Shown here one piece after another: positions 40,545 through 49,490 of a DNA stretch of 64,000 nt. The DNA is from Candidatus Oxydemutatoraceae bacterium (GTDB lineage Bacteria > Pseudomonadota > Gammaproteobacteria > Poriferisulfidales > Oxydemutatoraceae), in the NCBI GenBank assembly GCA_965219575.1, contig OZ244779.1, positions 2,305,098 to 2,369,097 on the forward strand. Direction: 5' to 3'. The position numbers and the translations under genes are program-made. Under the pieces are notes generated by a model. That model saw only the letters and a program-made list of their open reading frames with translations. It had not been told where the DNA came from and made no database searches. The number at the start of each line of letters is the position of its first letter. Positions within the stretch are counted from its first letter, which is position 1.

Positions 40545-40603
40545 TTTATGTATTTAAGTATATAATTCCCATAAAAATGGGGTAACGTCACGAGCGAGAT
40601 GAT

Positions 40604-41389
40604 ATGCGTTTTGTGGAGGATAATTGGGAGTCACCGACATTGGGGGCTTGGGGTCTGGGTTGGGAGGTATGGCTCAACGGCATGGAGATCGGTCAATTCA
40701 CTTATTTCCAACAAATGGGCGGGGTAGAATGTGCGCCGGTTGCGGGCGAGATTACATACGGCATCGAGCGTCTTGCGATGAGCTTGCAACAAATAGATAA
40801 TACTTTCGATTTGCTGTGGGCAAACTACGATCACGCAAAGCTATATTATCGTGATTTATTTTATCAAAACGAAAAGCAACAATCGGTTTACAATTTCGAC
40901 AAGGCAAATGTGTCACAGTTGAAGCGACAATTTGACGAAAAAGAGCAAGAGTGCATGCAGTTGATAGAAAAGGCGTTGGTGTTGCCCGCTTACGAGCAAG
41001 CCGTTATGGCCTCTCATTTTTTCGACCTACTCGATGCGATGCACTGCGGCCGATGTCTACATATGGAAGCGACACGCTCTGCACGGGTGGCTTTTCTATG
41101 CGAGGAATATCGGCATTTTCTGCAAAACTCGGAATTATTCGAATCGGCAATATCACGATTGACGGTTCATGTGGGCAAGAAAAAAATAGCGCATTGGTTG
41201 TCCTTACATAAAGCAAAAAAAATGACGGCATTAGTAGAAGACTTGCTGGTCTCGCATTACGACCCCTTTTATACACGTTCTACGAATAAACATTTTAAGC
41301 ATTATCAGAATACCGGTACTACGATACAGCTCAACGGCATAGACGAAGAGAACCTCAACAAAGCTATTGCCGATATTAAGGAAATGTAG
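40604..41389 (+). pseudogene. In-frame chimera of an internal glyQ fragment and the mnmH 3' end (duplication junction)
   Basis: The first ~143 aa match GlyQ ([16 protein letters not shown]...ASHFF.LLDA); the remainder matches MnmH ([10 protein letters not shown]...HYDPFY...). Junction at CTACTCGATGC, 41027-41037. Confidence 0.92.
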
Positions 41390-41461
41390 ATTGTAAATAT
41401 GAAAAAATGTTTCAGGATGTTTATAATGTATCCTTAATTACTAAAACTTAAAGAGAACCAA

Positions 41462-42373
41462 GTGGCGTCTTATCCTCCTATTTATATCATCAGCTTGAAG
41501 CGTACTCCGGAAAGGAAGTTATCTATACAAAGACAGCTTGACGGCTTAAATCTAAACTATGAATTTGTAGAGGCGATTGATCAATACGATTTAAGTTGTA
41601 AGGCGGAGCGTACCATCATTGCCGATCAACTGGGTATCAACACAATCAAGATGAAATCCATGTATGATCGTCATAGTGACCATCTCGGAACCTTAGCCTG
41701 TTCGTTAAGCCATATTAAAGTCTATAATTTAATCATAGAAAATAATATCTCATATGCTTGTGTGTTAGAAGATGATGCCTATCTATTGCCTGCTTTTTCT
41801 AAGATATTAATAGCTGCGCCGGAAATATCTTGGGAGGTTTTAATGCTTTCTAATCAATCAATTTATGTTCATAAAATATTATGGACTTCCTACCGTGGTT
41901 TACTTAAATTAATACGCTATAAAAAATATTATCCTGAATTAATTCTCTCTATTGTTCCTATCATAGCCTTAAAACTCATGAAGCTTTTTATATTGAATTT
42001 TATACTGCGGCACAGGAGTAGATTCTCGAAACATAAATCCTTTAAAAAAAGACATTACTCGACATCTCTAGTATGGTATGTGGCATGTGAAATAGGGGCG
42101 TTACCTAATCAAGATAGACGTTCATGGCATAAAGTTGCTCCTAATCACTACATCACTACACCGACGCTAAAAAAAAATGCAACGTCGGGCATGGCTTATA
42201 TGCTGACCCGATCGGCAGCAATTAAATGGAAACAGGAAATACTTTCTGATGAAACGCATGTTACAGATCTTGTGCCTCATCGGTTGTACAGAAAAAAAAC
42301 CTTAAACCTGCATATTGTTACTCCACCCTGTGTTAAGGCTACATATCAGTTTTTATTAAATACCACTAATTGA
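41462..42373 (+). CDS. Glycosyltransferase family 25, copy 2
   Basis: Collinear paralogue of 38069-38986 with the same motifs, roughly 70% aa identity by eye. Confidence 0.88.
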   Translation: MASYPPIYIISLKRTPERKLSIQRQLDGLNLNYEFVEAIDQYDLSCKAERTIIADQLGINTIKMKSMYDRHSDHLGTLACSLSHIKVYNLIIENNISYACVLEDDAYLLPAFSKILIAAPEISWEVLMLSNQSIYVHKILWTSYRGLLKLIRYKKYYPELILSIVPIIALKLMKLFILNFILRHRSRFSKHKSFKKRHYSTSLVWYVACEIGALPNQDRRSWHKVAPNHYITTPTLKKNATSGMAYMLTRSAAIKWKQEILSDETHVTDLVPHRLYRKKTLNLHIVTPPCVKATYQFLLNTTN

Positions 42374-42592
42374 GATTGTCGGACCGGAATTTGGTCTTCT
42401 TCTAAAAAGTAGACAAAACTACGTTTCTATGTTTTTTCCGGCATAAACCACCGTCGCTAAACACAAAGACTTTTCTCTGCCATTCCTCAGGATATATTAA
42501 ACAACTTTTGACCTTCCCTCAAAAACATAACTTATGCCGAACCATAAATTCATTTGATAGAATAGACACCTTAATTATTCAAATTTAAGTTT

Positions 42593-43474
42593 ATGACACC
42601 TAAAACAGATACGATTCAGGGCATGCTGCTATGCTTGCAGCATTATTGGGCGGAGCAGGGTTGTGCGTTACTACAGCCCTGCGATCTGCCCATGGGAGCG
42701 GGCACATTCCATCCGGCAACTTTTCTGCGGGTGTTGGGCACCGAATCTTGGCGGTGTGCCTATGTGCAACCGTGCCGACGTCCTGCAGACGGTCGTTACG
42801 GCGACAACCCTAATCGCTTGCAACATTATTATCAGTTTCAAGTGGTTCTAAAACCTTCACCGCACGCTATACAGCAGTTGTATCTAGACTCTCTAAACGC
42901 ACTGGGCATTGAAGTCGAGCGAGACGATGTGCGTTTTGTGGAGGATAATTGGGAGTCACCGACATTGGGGGCTTGGGGTCTGGGTTGGGAAGTTTGGCTC
43001 AATGGGATGGAGATCGGTCAATTCACTTACTTCCAACAAATGGGTGGGATAGAATGTGCGCCGGTTGCGGGCGAGATTACATACGGCATAGAGCGTCTTG
43101 CGATGAGCTTGCAACAAATAGATAATACTTTCGATTTGCTGTGGGCAAACTCCGATCACGCAAAGCTATATTATCGTGATTTATTTTATCAAAACGAAAA
43201 GCAACAATCGGTTTACAATTTCGACGAGGCAAATGTATCTCAATTGAGGCATCAATTTGACGAAAGAGAGCAAGAGTGTTTACAGTTGATAGAAAAGGCG
43301 TTGGTGTTGCCCGCTTACGAGCAAGCCGTTATGGCCTCTCATTTTTTCAACCTACTCGACGCACGAGGGGCAATTTCGGTAACCGAAAGGCAACGTTATG
43401 TATTGAGAATCTGTAAGCTCACACATCAAATCGCTAAGCACATCGGCGACAACGAATCCCGGAATAAACGATAA
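42593..43474 (+). CDS. glyQ: Glycine--tRNA ligase alpha subunit
   Basis: [41 protein letters not shown] and [14 protein letters not shown] motifs. Confidence 0.98.
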   Translation: MTPKTDTIQGMLLCLQHYWAEQGCALLQPCDLPMGAGTFHPATFLRVLGTESWRCAYVQPCRRPADGRYGDNPNRLQHYYQFQVVLKPSPHAIQQLYLDSLNALGIEVERDDVRFVEDNWESPTLGAWGLGWEVWLNGMEIGQFTYFQQMGGIECAPVAGEITYGIERLAMSLQQIDNTFDLLWANSDHAKLYYRDLFYQNEKQQSVYNFDEANVSQLRHQFDEREQECLQLIEKALVLPAYEQAVMASHFFNLLDARGAISVTERQRYVLRICKLTHQIAKHIGDNESRNKR

Positions 43475-43514
43475 ACCGCTTAGCCGATATATAGCATTAA
43501 AGTCATTCGAGAAA

Positions 43515-45614
43515 ATGCAAAGACAGAATTTGCTCATAGAAATAGGCACCGAAGAACTGCCGCCCGACGGATTATTCGAATTGGGCGAGGCTTTTGCGCA
43601 AACCCTTAAAAGGCTATGCGGTGATGCCGGTTTTGACAGCGAGCAGGCACATTCTTTTGCAACACCCCGCCGTGTCGCTGCTCGGTTGGATGCTTTGGTC
43701 GAAACACAAGCAGATCAAACGATAAAGCGCAAGGGACCACTCATAGCAAAAGCATACGATAAAGACGGAAACCCACTGCCGGCGGCGATCGGTTTTGCTA
43801 AGTCGTGCAAAGTAGCCATATCGGGACTGCAGATTGTCGAGATTAAAGACGAACAACGTCTTTATGTTGAAAAGACCGTCAAAGGTCAAAACATAAACGA
43901 TTGTATTGCGGCACTGTTAGAGCAAACACTGCAACAATTACCGATGAGTAAACGGATGCGGTGGGGAGATACCGATTATGAATTCATACGCCCGATACAT
44001 TGGGTGCTGGCTCTATACGGTGAGCAAACACTCGAATTGGAAGTGGCAGGCATCACCGCCGGCAAGCATACTTATGGACATCGTTATCATTGTCCCGATG
44101 CGTTAAGCGTGCCGCACGCGGATCACTACGAAAATCTATTGGAACAACAGGCTAAAGTCATTCCTTCGTTCAAAAAACGCTTGCAAAAAATAAGTTTGCA
44201 AATAGAAAAGGTAGCACAACTCGGCAAAGTGCAAACAAACGACCGCCTACTCGAGCAGGTTACATCGATTGTTGAGTGGCCGATTGCGGTTTCCGGTCGC
44301 TTTGACGAAAGTTTTTTGAACCTACCGGCGATCGTGATCGGCAAGATACTGGAAAAAGACCAAAAATGCTTTACCGTTTTAGCCGCGGACGAATCTCTAG
44401 TGCCGGAATTTATAGTGATAGCCAATATAGAAAGCACCGACCCAGATGCATTACGCCACGGTTATGAGCGAGTGGTAGAACCTAGACTGAAGGACGCGAG
44501 CTTTTTTATCGACCAAGATAGAAAACATTCGCTGGCACATTATGCGGATAGTCTTGATAAATTAGTTTTTCATCACCGATTAGGCAATTTAGCGGATAAG
44601 GTTACACGCATCACGGATATATCTCGTGCTATCGCACAACACTTGTCGGCGTCGGATAGTGCTTATGATTTTGACCGCCACGACAAAGGGATAATTGAAA
44701 GAGCCGCTTATCTTTGCAAGGCGGATCTCAGAACCGGCATCGTTTGTGAATATCCCGAACTCGCCGGCTATATAGGTGGCTATTATGCAGAATGCGACGG
44801 CGAACCTCCGGCGACATGTCGTGCAATACGGCAGCATATAAAACCGGTGCGCGCCGGCGATTCGCTGCCCGAAGAGAGAATTGCTATCGTACTGGCGATT
44901 GCCGATAGGCTAGATACCCTGGTCGGTATTTTCGGAATTGGAGAATATCCGAGTGGTAGCCGCGATCCTTATGCACTACGGCGCGCAAGTCTGGCATTGA
45001 TACGCATCCTCAGCGAATATCAACTGGATTTGGACTTGGCAATGTGGGTTGAACAAAGCCGGCAACGCTATGCCGAGAAAGTCAAAGCGGAGGGTGTTGT
45101 GCGGTTGTCGGATTATTTGAAAGAGCGGCTCAAACATTATTTCATAGAGTGTGGCTTTAGCGGCGATAGAGTAGATGCGGTCGCTACAAATCGACCGCTA
45201 CATTGCCACGATATGCACCAACGTCTGCTCAAACTGCAAAGTTTTATGCAAATGCCCCAAAGCATTGAACTTGCGGCAGCAACTAAACGAATACGCAATA
45301 TCTTAAAAAATAATCTCCCCGAAAATATCGGAGAACTTAATCGTGAAATGTTAAATGACGATGCAGAATATCGGCTTTATGAGGCGTTTAATAAACGAAG
45401 CCCACAAGTTCAGACGCTAATCAAGCACGGAGACTATTTAGAAGCCCTAAAGACTCTGGCACAGCTACACGACCCTATAGACAACTTTTTTGATAAAGTG
45501 CTCGTGATGTCCAAAAATGAAGCCGAAAAAAATAACCGCCTCATCTTACTCTACCAAATCGATTGCTTGTTTATGCAGATTGTAGATTTCTCCGCACTAC
45601 AATTAGAGGAATAG
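43515..45614 (+). CDS. glyS: Glycine--tRNA ligase beta subunit
   Basis: EIGTEELP, TPRR, MRWG, F.RP, GHR, PRL.DA.FF, KADL, SGSRDPYALRR and NRL.LL motifs. Confidence 0.97.
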   Translation: MQRQNLLIEIGTEELPPDGLFELGEAFAQTLKRLCGDAGFDSEQAHSFATPRRVAARLDALVETQADQTIKRKGPLIAKAYDKDGNPLPAAIGFAKSCKVAISGLQIVEIKDEQRLYVEKTVKGQNINDCIAALLEQTLQQLPMSKRMRWGDTDYEFIRPIHWVLALYGEQTLELEVAGITAGKHTYGHRYHCPDALSVPHADHYENLLEQQAKVIPSFKKRLQKISLQIEKVAQLGKVQTNDRLLEQVTSIVEWPIAVSGRFDESFLNLPAIVIGKILEKDQKCFTVLAADESLVPEFIVIANIESTDPDALRHGYERVVEPRLKDASFFIDQDRKHSLAHYADSLDKLVFHHRLGNLADKVTRITDISRAIAQHLSASDSAYDFDRHDKGIIERAAYLCKADLRTGIVCEYPELAGYIGGYYAECDGEPPATCRAIRQHIKPVRAGDSLPEERIAIVLAIADRLDTLVGIFGIGEYPSGSRDPYALRRASLALIRILSEYQLDLDLAMWVEQSRQRYAEKVKAEGVVRLSDYLKERLKHYFIECGFSGDRVDAVATNRPLHCHDMHQRLLKLQSFMQMPQSIELAAATKRIRNILKNNLPENIGELNREMLNDDAEYRLYEAFNKRSPQVQTLIKHGDYLEALKTLAQLHDPIDNFFDKVLVMSKNEAEKNNRLILLYQIDCLFMQIVDFSALQLEE

Positions 45615-45695
45615 GACTGTTGAGAGAGTATTTTATGCACCGTAGAGGCGGGTGGACATGCTGTAGGGGCGGACTTATATGTCCGCCCGCCCTAC
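45615..45695. repeat. Degenerate TIR end plus overlapping REP copies
   Basis: ggactgttgagagagta; gtagaggcgggtggacatgctgtaggggcggacttatatgtccgcccgccctac. Confidence 0.75.
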
Positions 45696-45714
45696 ATTAC
45701 GAAAAGCATAAATA

Positions 45715-46680
45715 ATGCGGTTGCTTCATAGCCTAGATAGCCTAGCTACATTCAAGCATCCTTGCGTTGCTACGATAGGTGCTTTCGATGCCTTGCACAT
45801 AGGACATCGAGCGATTATAGCTAAGACCAAAGCCTTAGCGAAAGATTATCGCTTACCAGTGGTTGTAGTGATGTTTGAACCGTTGCCCGGCGAGTTCTTT
45901 GCCGATAAAGACGCATTGCCGAAGCGTATCTATACACTACGCAAGCGCATCGAACGAGTACGAGATATCGGTGCCGATTATTTGGTATGTCTAAACTTCA
46001 ACAAAACTTTAGCGAATTGGACGGCGGCTGAATTCATTCAGGGTATCATACTGAACGGCTTGCATGTGCGTCATTTAGTCGTAGGAGACGATTTCCGTTT
46101 CGGTAAAAACAGAGAAGGAGACTATAATACGCTTTGCGATTACGGAAATCGTCTCGGTTTTGAGCTGAGTCGTATGGAGGCGGTGACGGTCGGAAATGTG
46201 CGGGTTAGTAGCACTCGGATACGCAAGTTGCTACTCGCCGGCAAGTTGCCACAAGCCAATCGAATGCTCGGGAGTCCTTATAGTGTCACAGGCCGCATTC
46301 GCCCAGGCGACAGATTGGGTACACAATTAGGTTACCCTACCGCTAATTTGGGTTTCGGCAAACGCCAACCGCCGTTGCACGGTGTTTTTGCGGTTTCGGT
46401 GGCGATTCGAGATATGAAACTTAAAGGTGTATCCAATGCCGGTGTGCGCCCTACCGTAGATGCCGAACAATACCGAATAGAAACTCATATTTTTGATTTT
46501 GATAAAGATGTGTACGGAGAGCGCATGACTATTTATCCGCAACACTATATCAGAGCGGAACAGCGATACGACGATATAGCGCAACTCAAAAATGCGATAC
46601 GCAAAGACCTAAAAGTAGCAAGGATGCTTTTAGAGAGCGAACCGAACGATAACACACAGACACGATATGTAAATAGCTGA
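45715..46680 (+). CDS. ribF: Bifunctional riboflavin kinase / FAD synthetase
   Basis: TIG.FD.LH.GH, VGDDFRFG, SSTRIR, LGYPTAN, G.RPTV and ETHIFDF motifs. Confidence 0.97.
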   Translation: MRLLHSLDSLATFKHPCVATIGAFDALHIGHRAIIAKTKALAKDYRLPVVVVMFEPLPGEFFADKDALPKRIYTLRKRIERVRDIGADYLVCLNFNKTLANWTAAEFIQGIILNGLHVRHLVVGDDFRFGKNREGDYNTLCDYGNRLGFELSRMEAVTVGNVRVSSTRIRKLLLAGKLPQANRMLGSPYSVTGRIRPGDRLGTQLGYPTANLGFGKRQPPLHGVFAVSVAIRDMKLKGVSNAGVRPTVDAEQYRIETHIFDFDKDVYGERMTIYPQHYIRAEQRYDDIAQLKNAIRKDLKVARMLLESEPNDNTQTRYVNS

Positions 46681-46689
46681 ATACGAACA

Positions 46690-49485
46690 ATGGGAGACTA
46701 CAAAGACACATTAAATTTACCGAAAACCGACTTCCCGATGCGCGCCAACTTGGCGCAACGAGAACCGGAAATTTTGGCTTATTGGGAGTCGATAAAACTG
46801 TACGAGCTGATACGCTCGGAGCGAAGCGGGCGCAAGCAGTTTATCCTTCACGACGGTCCTCCTTATGCAAACGGCGATATCCATATCGGACATGCGGTCA
46901 ATAAAACGCTAAAAGATATCATCGTCAAAAGTCGGTTGATGCAAGGACTCGATGTGCCTTATGTGCCGGGTTGGGATTGTCACGGACTGCCTATAGAACA
47001 ACAAGTGGAAAAAAAATACGGCAAAGCCAAAACCACGGAAGATACTACCTTGTTTAGAAAACGATGCCGGGAGTATGCAACCGGCCAAATTGAAAAACAA
47101 CGGCAAGATTTCATACGCCTGGGCGTGTTGGGTGATTGGCAAAATCCTTATCTCAGCATGGCGTTCGATACCGAAGCGGATATATTGAGAACCCTAGGTA
47201 AGCTGCTCGGCAAAGGCTATCTGAAGCAAGGACATAAACCGGTGCATTGGTGCTTGGAATGTAGCTCGGCACTTGCCGAAGCGGAGGTTGAATATCACGA
47301 CAAAGTATCTAAAGCGGTCGATGTCGCATTTGCGGTGCAGGACACGGACGACCTAAACGAAAAGCTACAACTAGAAACCGACAGCGCATCTAATATAGTG
47401 ATTTGGACTACTACGCCGTGGACTTTGCCTGCCAACCAAGCCGTTGCACTGCACCCGGAGTTGGATTATGTAGCATTTCTTCACGACACTCAAATCTATA
47501 TCGTCGCCGAGGGACTTGCCGAGCAATGTTGCACGCGTTACGGGTGGGACCCTACTTTGCTATGCACTTTCAAAGGCGAATGTTTAGAAGGCTTAAATCT
47601 GAAGCATCCTTTTTACGCTTATACCGTGCCTGTCGTTATGGGTACGCATGTAACTTTGGAAGCCGGCACCGGTTGCGTACACATCGCACCGGCGCACGGT
47701 GTAGACGATTATATATTGGGACAACGCTACGAACTTCGTTGCCAAACGCCACTATCGGCCGATGCCGTATTCGCACCTACGGCAGGATTTCTAGCAGGCT
47801 ATCATGTGCGCAAAAGCGACGCACCGATTATCGAGAAGCTCGACGAAAACCGAAAATTAGTACACAGTTGCGATTACCGGCACAGCTATCCTCATTGTTG
47901 GCGGCATAAAACCCCTATCATCTTTAGGGCAACGCCACAATGGTTTATCAGCCTAAAAAATAACGGGTTGTTGGATAAAGCCTCTGCCGAATGCGATACA
48001 GTGCATTGGACACCGCAATGGGGACACGCGCGCATCAAAGGAATGCTGGGTTCCAGACCGGACTGGTGCGTGTCTAGGCAACGCTATTGGGGTGTACCGA
48101 TTGCAGTATTCGTACACAAACAATCCGGTGACTTGCATCCCCGTACTGCGGAGATCATAGAACATGTGGCACAAAAAATAGAACAAACCGGTATAGAAGC
48201 ATGGTTTGAATCGAATTACGAAGAACTCCTGGGAGACGATGCCAACGACTATAAGAAAGTTGAAGATGTATTGGATGTTTGGTTCGACTCGGGTGCCACA
48301 CACGCCTGCATACTCGATAAACGCAGTGAGTTGCGGCGGCCTGCCGACCTCTATTTGGAGGGATCGGATCAACATCGCGGGTGGTTTCAATCGTCGTTGC
48401 TTACTTCGGTTGCATACAACGGTAAGGCACCGTATCTCGGCGTGCTAACACATGGCTTCGTGGTAGACGAAAGCGGTCAGAAAATGTCTAAATCCAAAGG
48501 CAACGTAGTCTCACCCCAAAATGTCATCAAACAATATGGTGCCGATATTTTACGGTTGTGGATCGCAGCAACCGACTCCGCCGGCGAAATGACTATATCC
48601 GACGAAATTCTAAAACGGATTGTAGACGCGTATCGCCGTATCAGAAACACGGCGCGCTTTTTACTGGCCAACTTGAGCGATTTTAATCCCGAAGCGGATC
48701 GAATAGATCCGAATTCCATGCTCGCATTGGATCGCTGGGCAGTAGCCGTTAGTGCCGAATTGCAACGCAAGATACAAGAAGACTACCGAGACTATACTTT
48801 TCATCGTCTGTACCATCGGCTACATAATTTTTGCAGTATACAGATGGGTGGTTTTTATTTGGATATTATCAAGGATCGTCTTTATACGGTACACCCCCGA
48901 GCTCCGGCTAGGCGTTCTGCGCAAACTGCGATGTACCATATCATCCAAGCATTGGTGAAATGGATTGCGCCGATTTTAAGTTTTACCTCGGAAGAGATCT
49001 ATAAATCACTACCGGGAGGAAAATTAAAAAGCGTTTTCTTATCCGAATGGTACGACGGTTTGTTCGATCTATCGGAAAATGAAGCACTGAGTATGTCCGA
49101 GTGGAATCAAATACTCGGTTTACGGGATATCGTCAACAAGCAAATAGAAAATATAAGACAAACCGGTACCATAGGCTCCTCGCTCGATGCCGAAATAAAA
49201 CTCTATTGCGATAACGATGATTACCGACTACTCAAGCAACTGAATCAAGAACTTAAATTTTTGTTTATTACCTCGGCTGCCGAAGTCTTTCCATCGGCAC
49301 AAGCCGGCGAGGACTCCGTACGAATCTCGGATCGTATAGCGATTGCTATATCCGCCAGCCGACATCCAAAGTGTCCGCGTTGTTGGCAACACTGCGACGA
49401 TCTTGAGGGATCCGATCATGGTACGATATGTGCACGTTGCATGCTAAATGTCAACGGTGAAGGAGAAAAACGCACCTATTTATAA
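46690..49485 (+). CDS. ileS: Isoleucine--tRNA ligase
   Basis: [46 protein letters not shown] and C-terminal CPRCW...CARC. Confidence 0.99.
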   Translation: MGDYKDTLNLPKTDFPMRANLAQREPEILAYWESIKLYELIRSERSGRKQFILHDGPPYANGDIHIGHAVNKTLKDIIVKSRLMQGLDVPYVPGWDCHGLPIEQQVEKKYGKAKTTEDTTLFRKRCREYATGQIEKQRQDFIRLGVLGDWQNPYLSMAFDTEADILRTLGKLLGKGYLKQGHKPVHWCLECSSALAEAEVEYHDKVSKAVDVAFAVQDTDDLNEKLQLETDSASNIVIWTTTPWTLPANQAVALHPELDYVAFLHDTQIYIVAEGLAEQCCTRYGWDPTLLCTFKGECLEGLNLKHPFYAYTVPVVMGTHVTLEAGTGCVHIAPAHGVDDYILGQRYELRCQTPLSADAVFAPTAGFLAGYHVRKSDAPIIEKLDENRKLVHSCDYRHSYPHCWRHKTPIIFRATPQWFISLKNNGLLDKASAECDTVHWTPQWGHARIKGMLGSRPDWCVSRQRYWGVPIAVFVHKQSGDLHPRTAEIIEHVAQKIEQTGIEAWFESNYEELLGDDANDYKKVEDVLDVWFDSGATHACILDKRSELRRPADLYLEGSDQHRGWFQSSLLTSVAYNGKAPYLGVLTHGFVVDESGQKMSKSKGNVVSPQNVIKQYGADILRLWIAATDSAGEMTISDEILKRIVDAYRRIRNTARFLLANLSDFNPEADRIDPNSMLALDRWAVAVSAELQRKIQEDYRDYTFHRLYHRLHNFCSIQMGGFYLDIIKDRLYTVHPRAPARRSAQTAMYHIIQALVKWIAPILSFTSEEIYKSLPGGKLKSVFLSEWYDGLFDLSENEALSMSEWNQILGLRDIVNKQIENIRQTGTIGSSLDAEIKLYCDNDDYRLLKQLNQELKFLFITSAAEVFPSAQAGEDSVRISDRIAIAISASRHPKCPRCWQHCDDLEGSDHGTICARCMLNVNGEGEKRTYL

Positions 49486-49490
49486 ACATA

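Larger units (their letters stand above)
39223..40570 (+). mobile_element. Complete IS1595-family element with 24-bp perfect inverted repeats and 8-bp target duplication
   Basis: GGAATTATATACTTAAATACATAA at 39224-39247 and its reverse complement at 40546-40569; ATAAAAAT at 39215-39222 and 40571-40578. Confidence 0.95.
39140..40592 (+). mobile_element. IS3-family right-end remnant (39140-39222 plus 40579-40592), split by IS1595
   Basis: cacagcgcattgggttatcaagcccca... encodes HSALGYQAPSVFAEAIA*, like an IS3 integrase C-terminus. The empty site ends ...ataaaaatggggtaacgtca, an IS3-type CA-3' terminus abutting the glyQ fragment. Confidence 0.6.
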
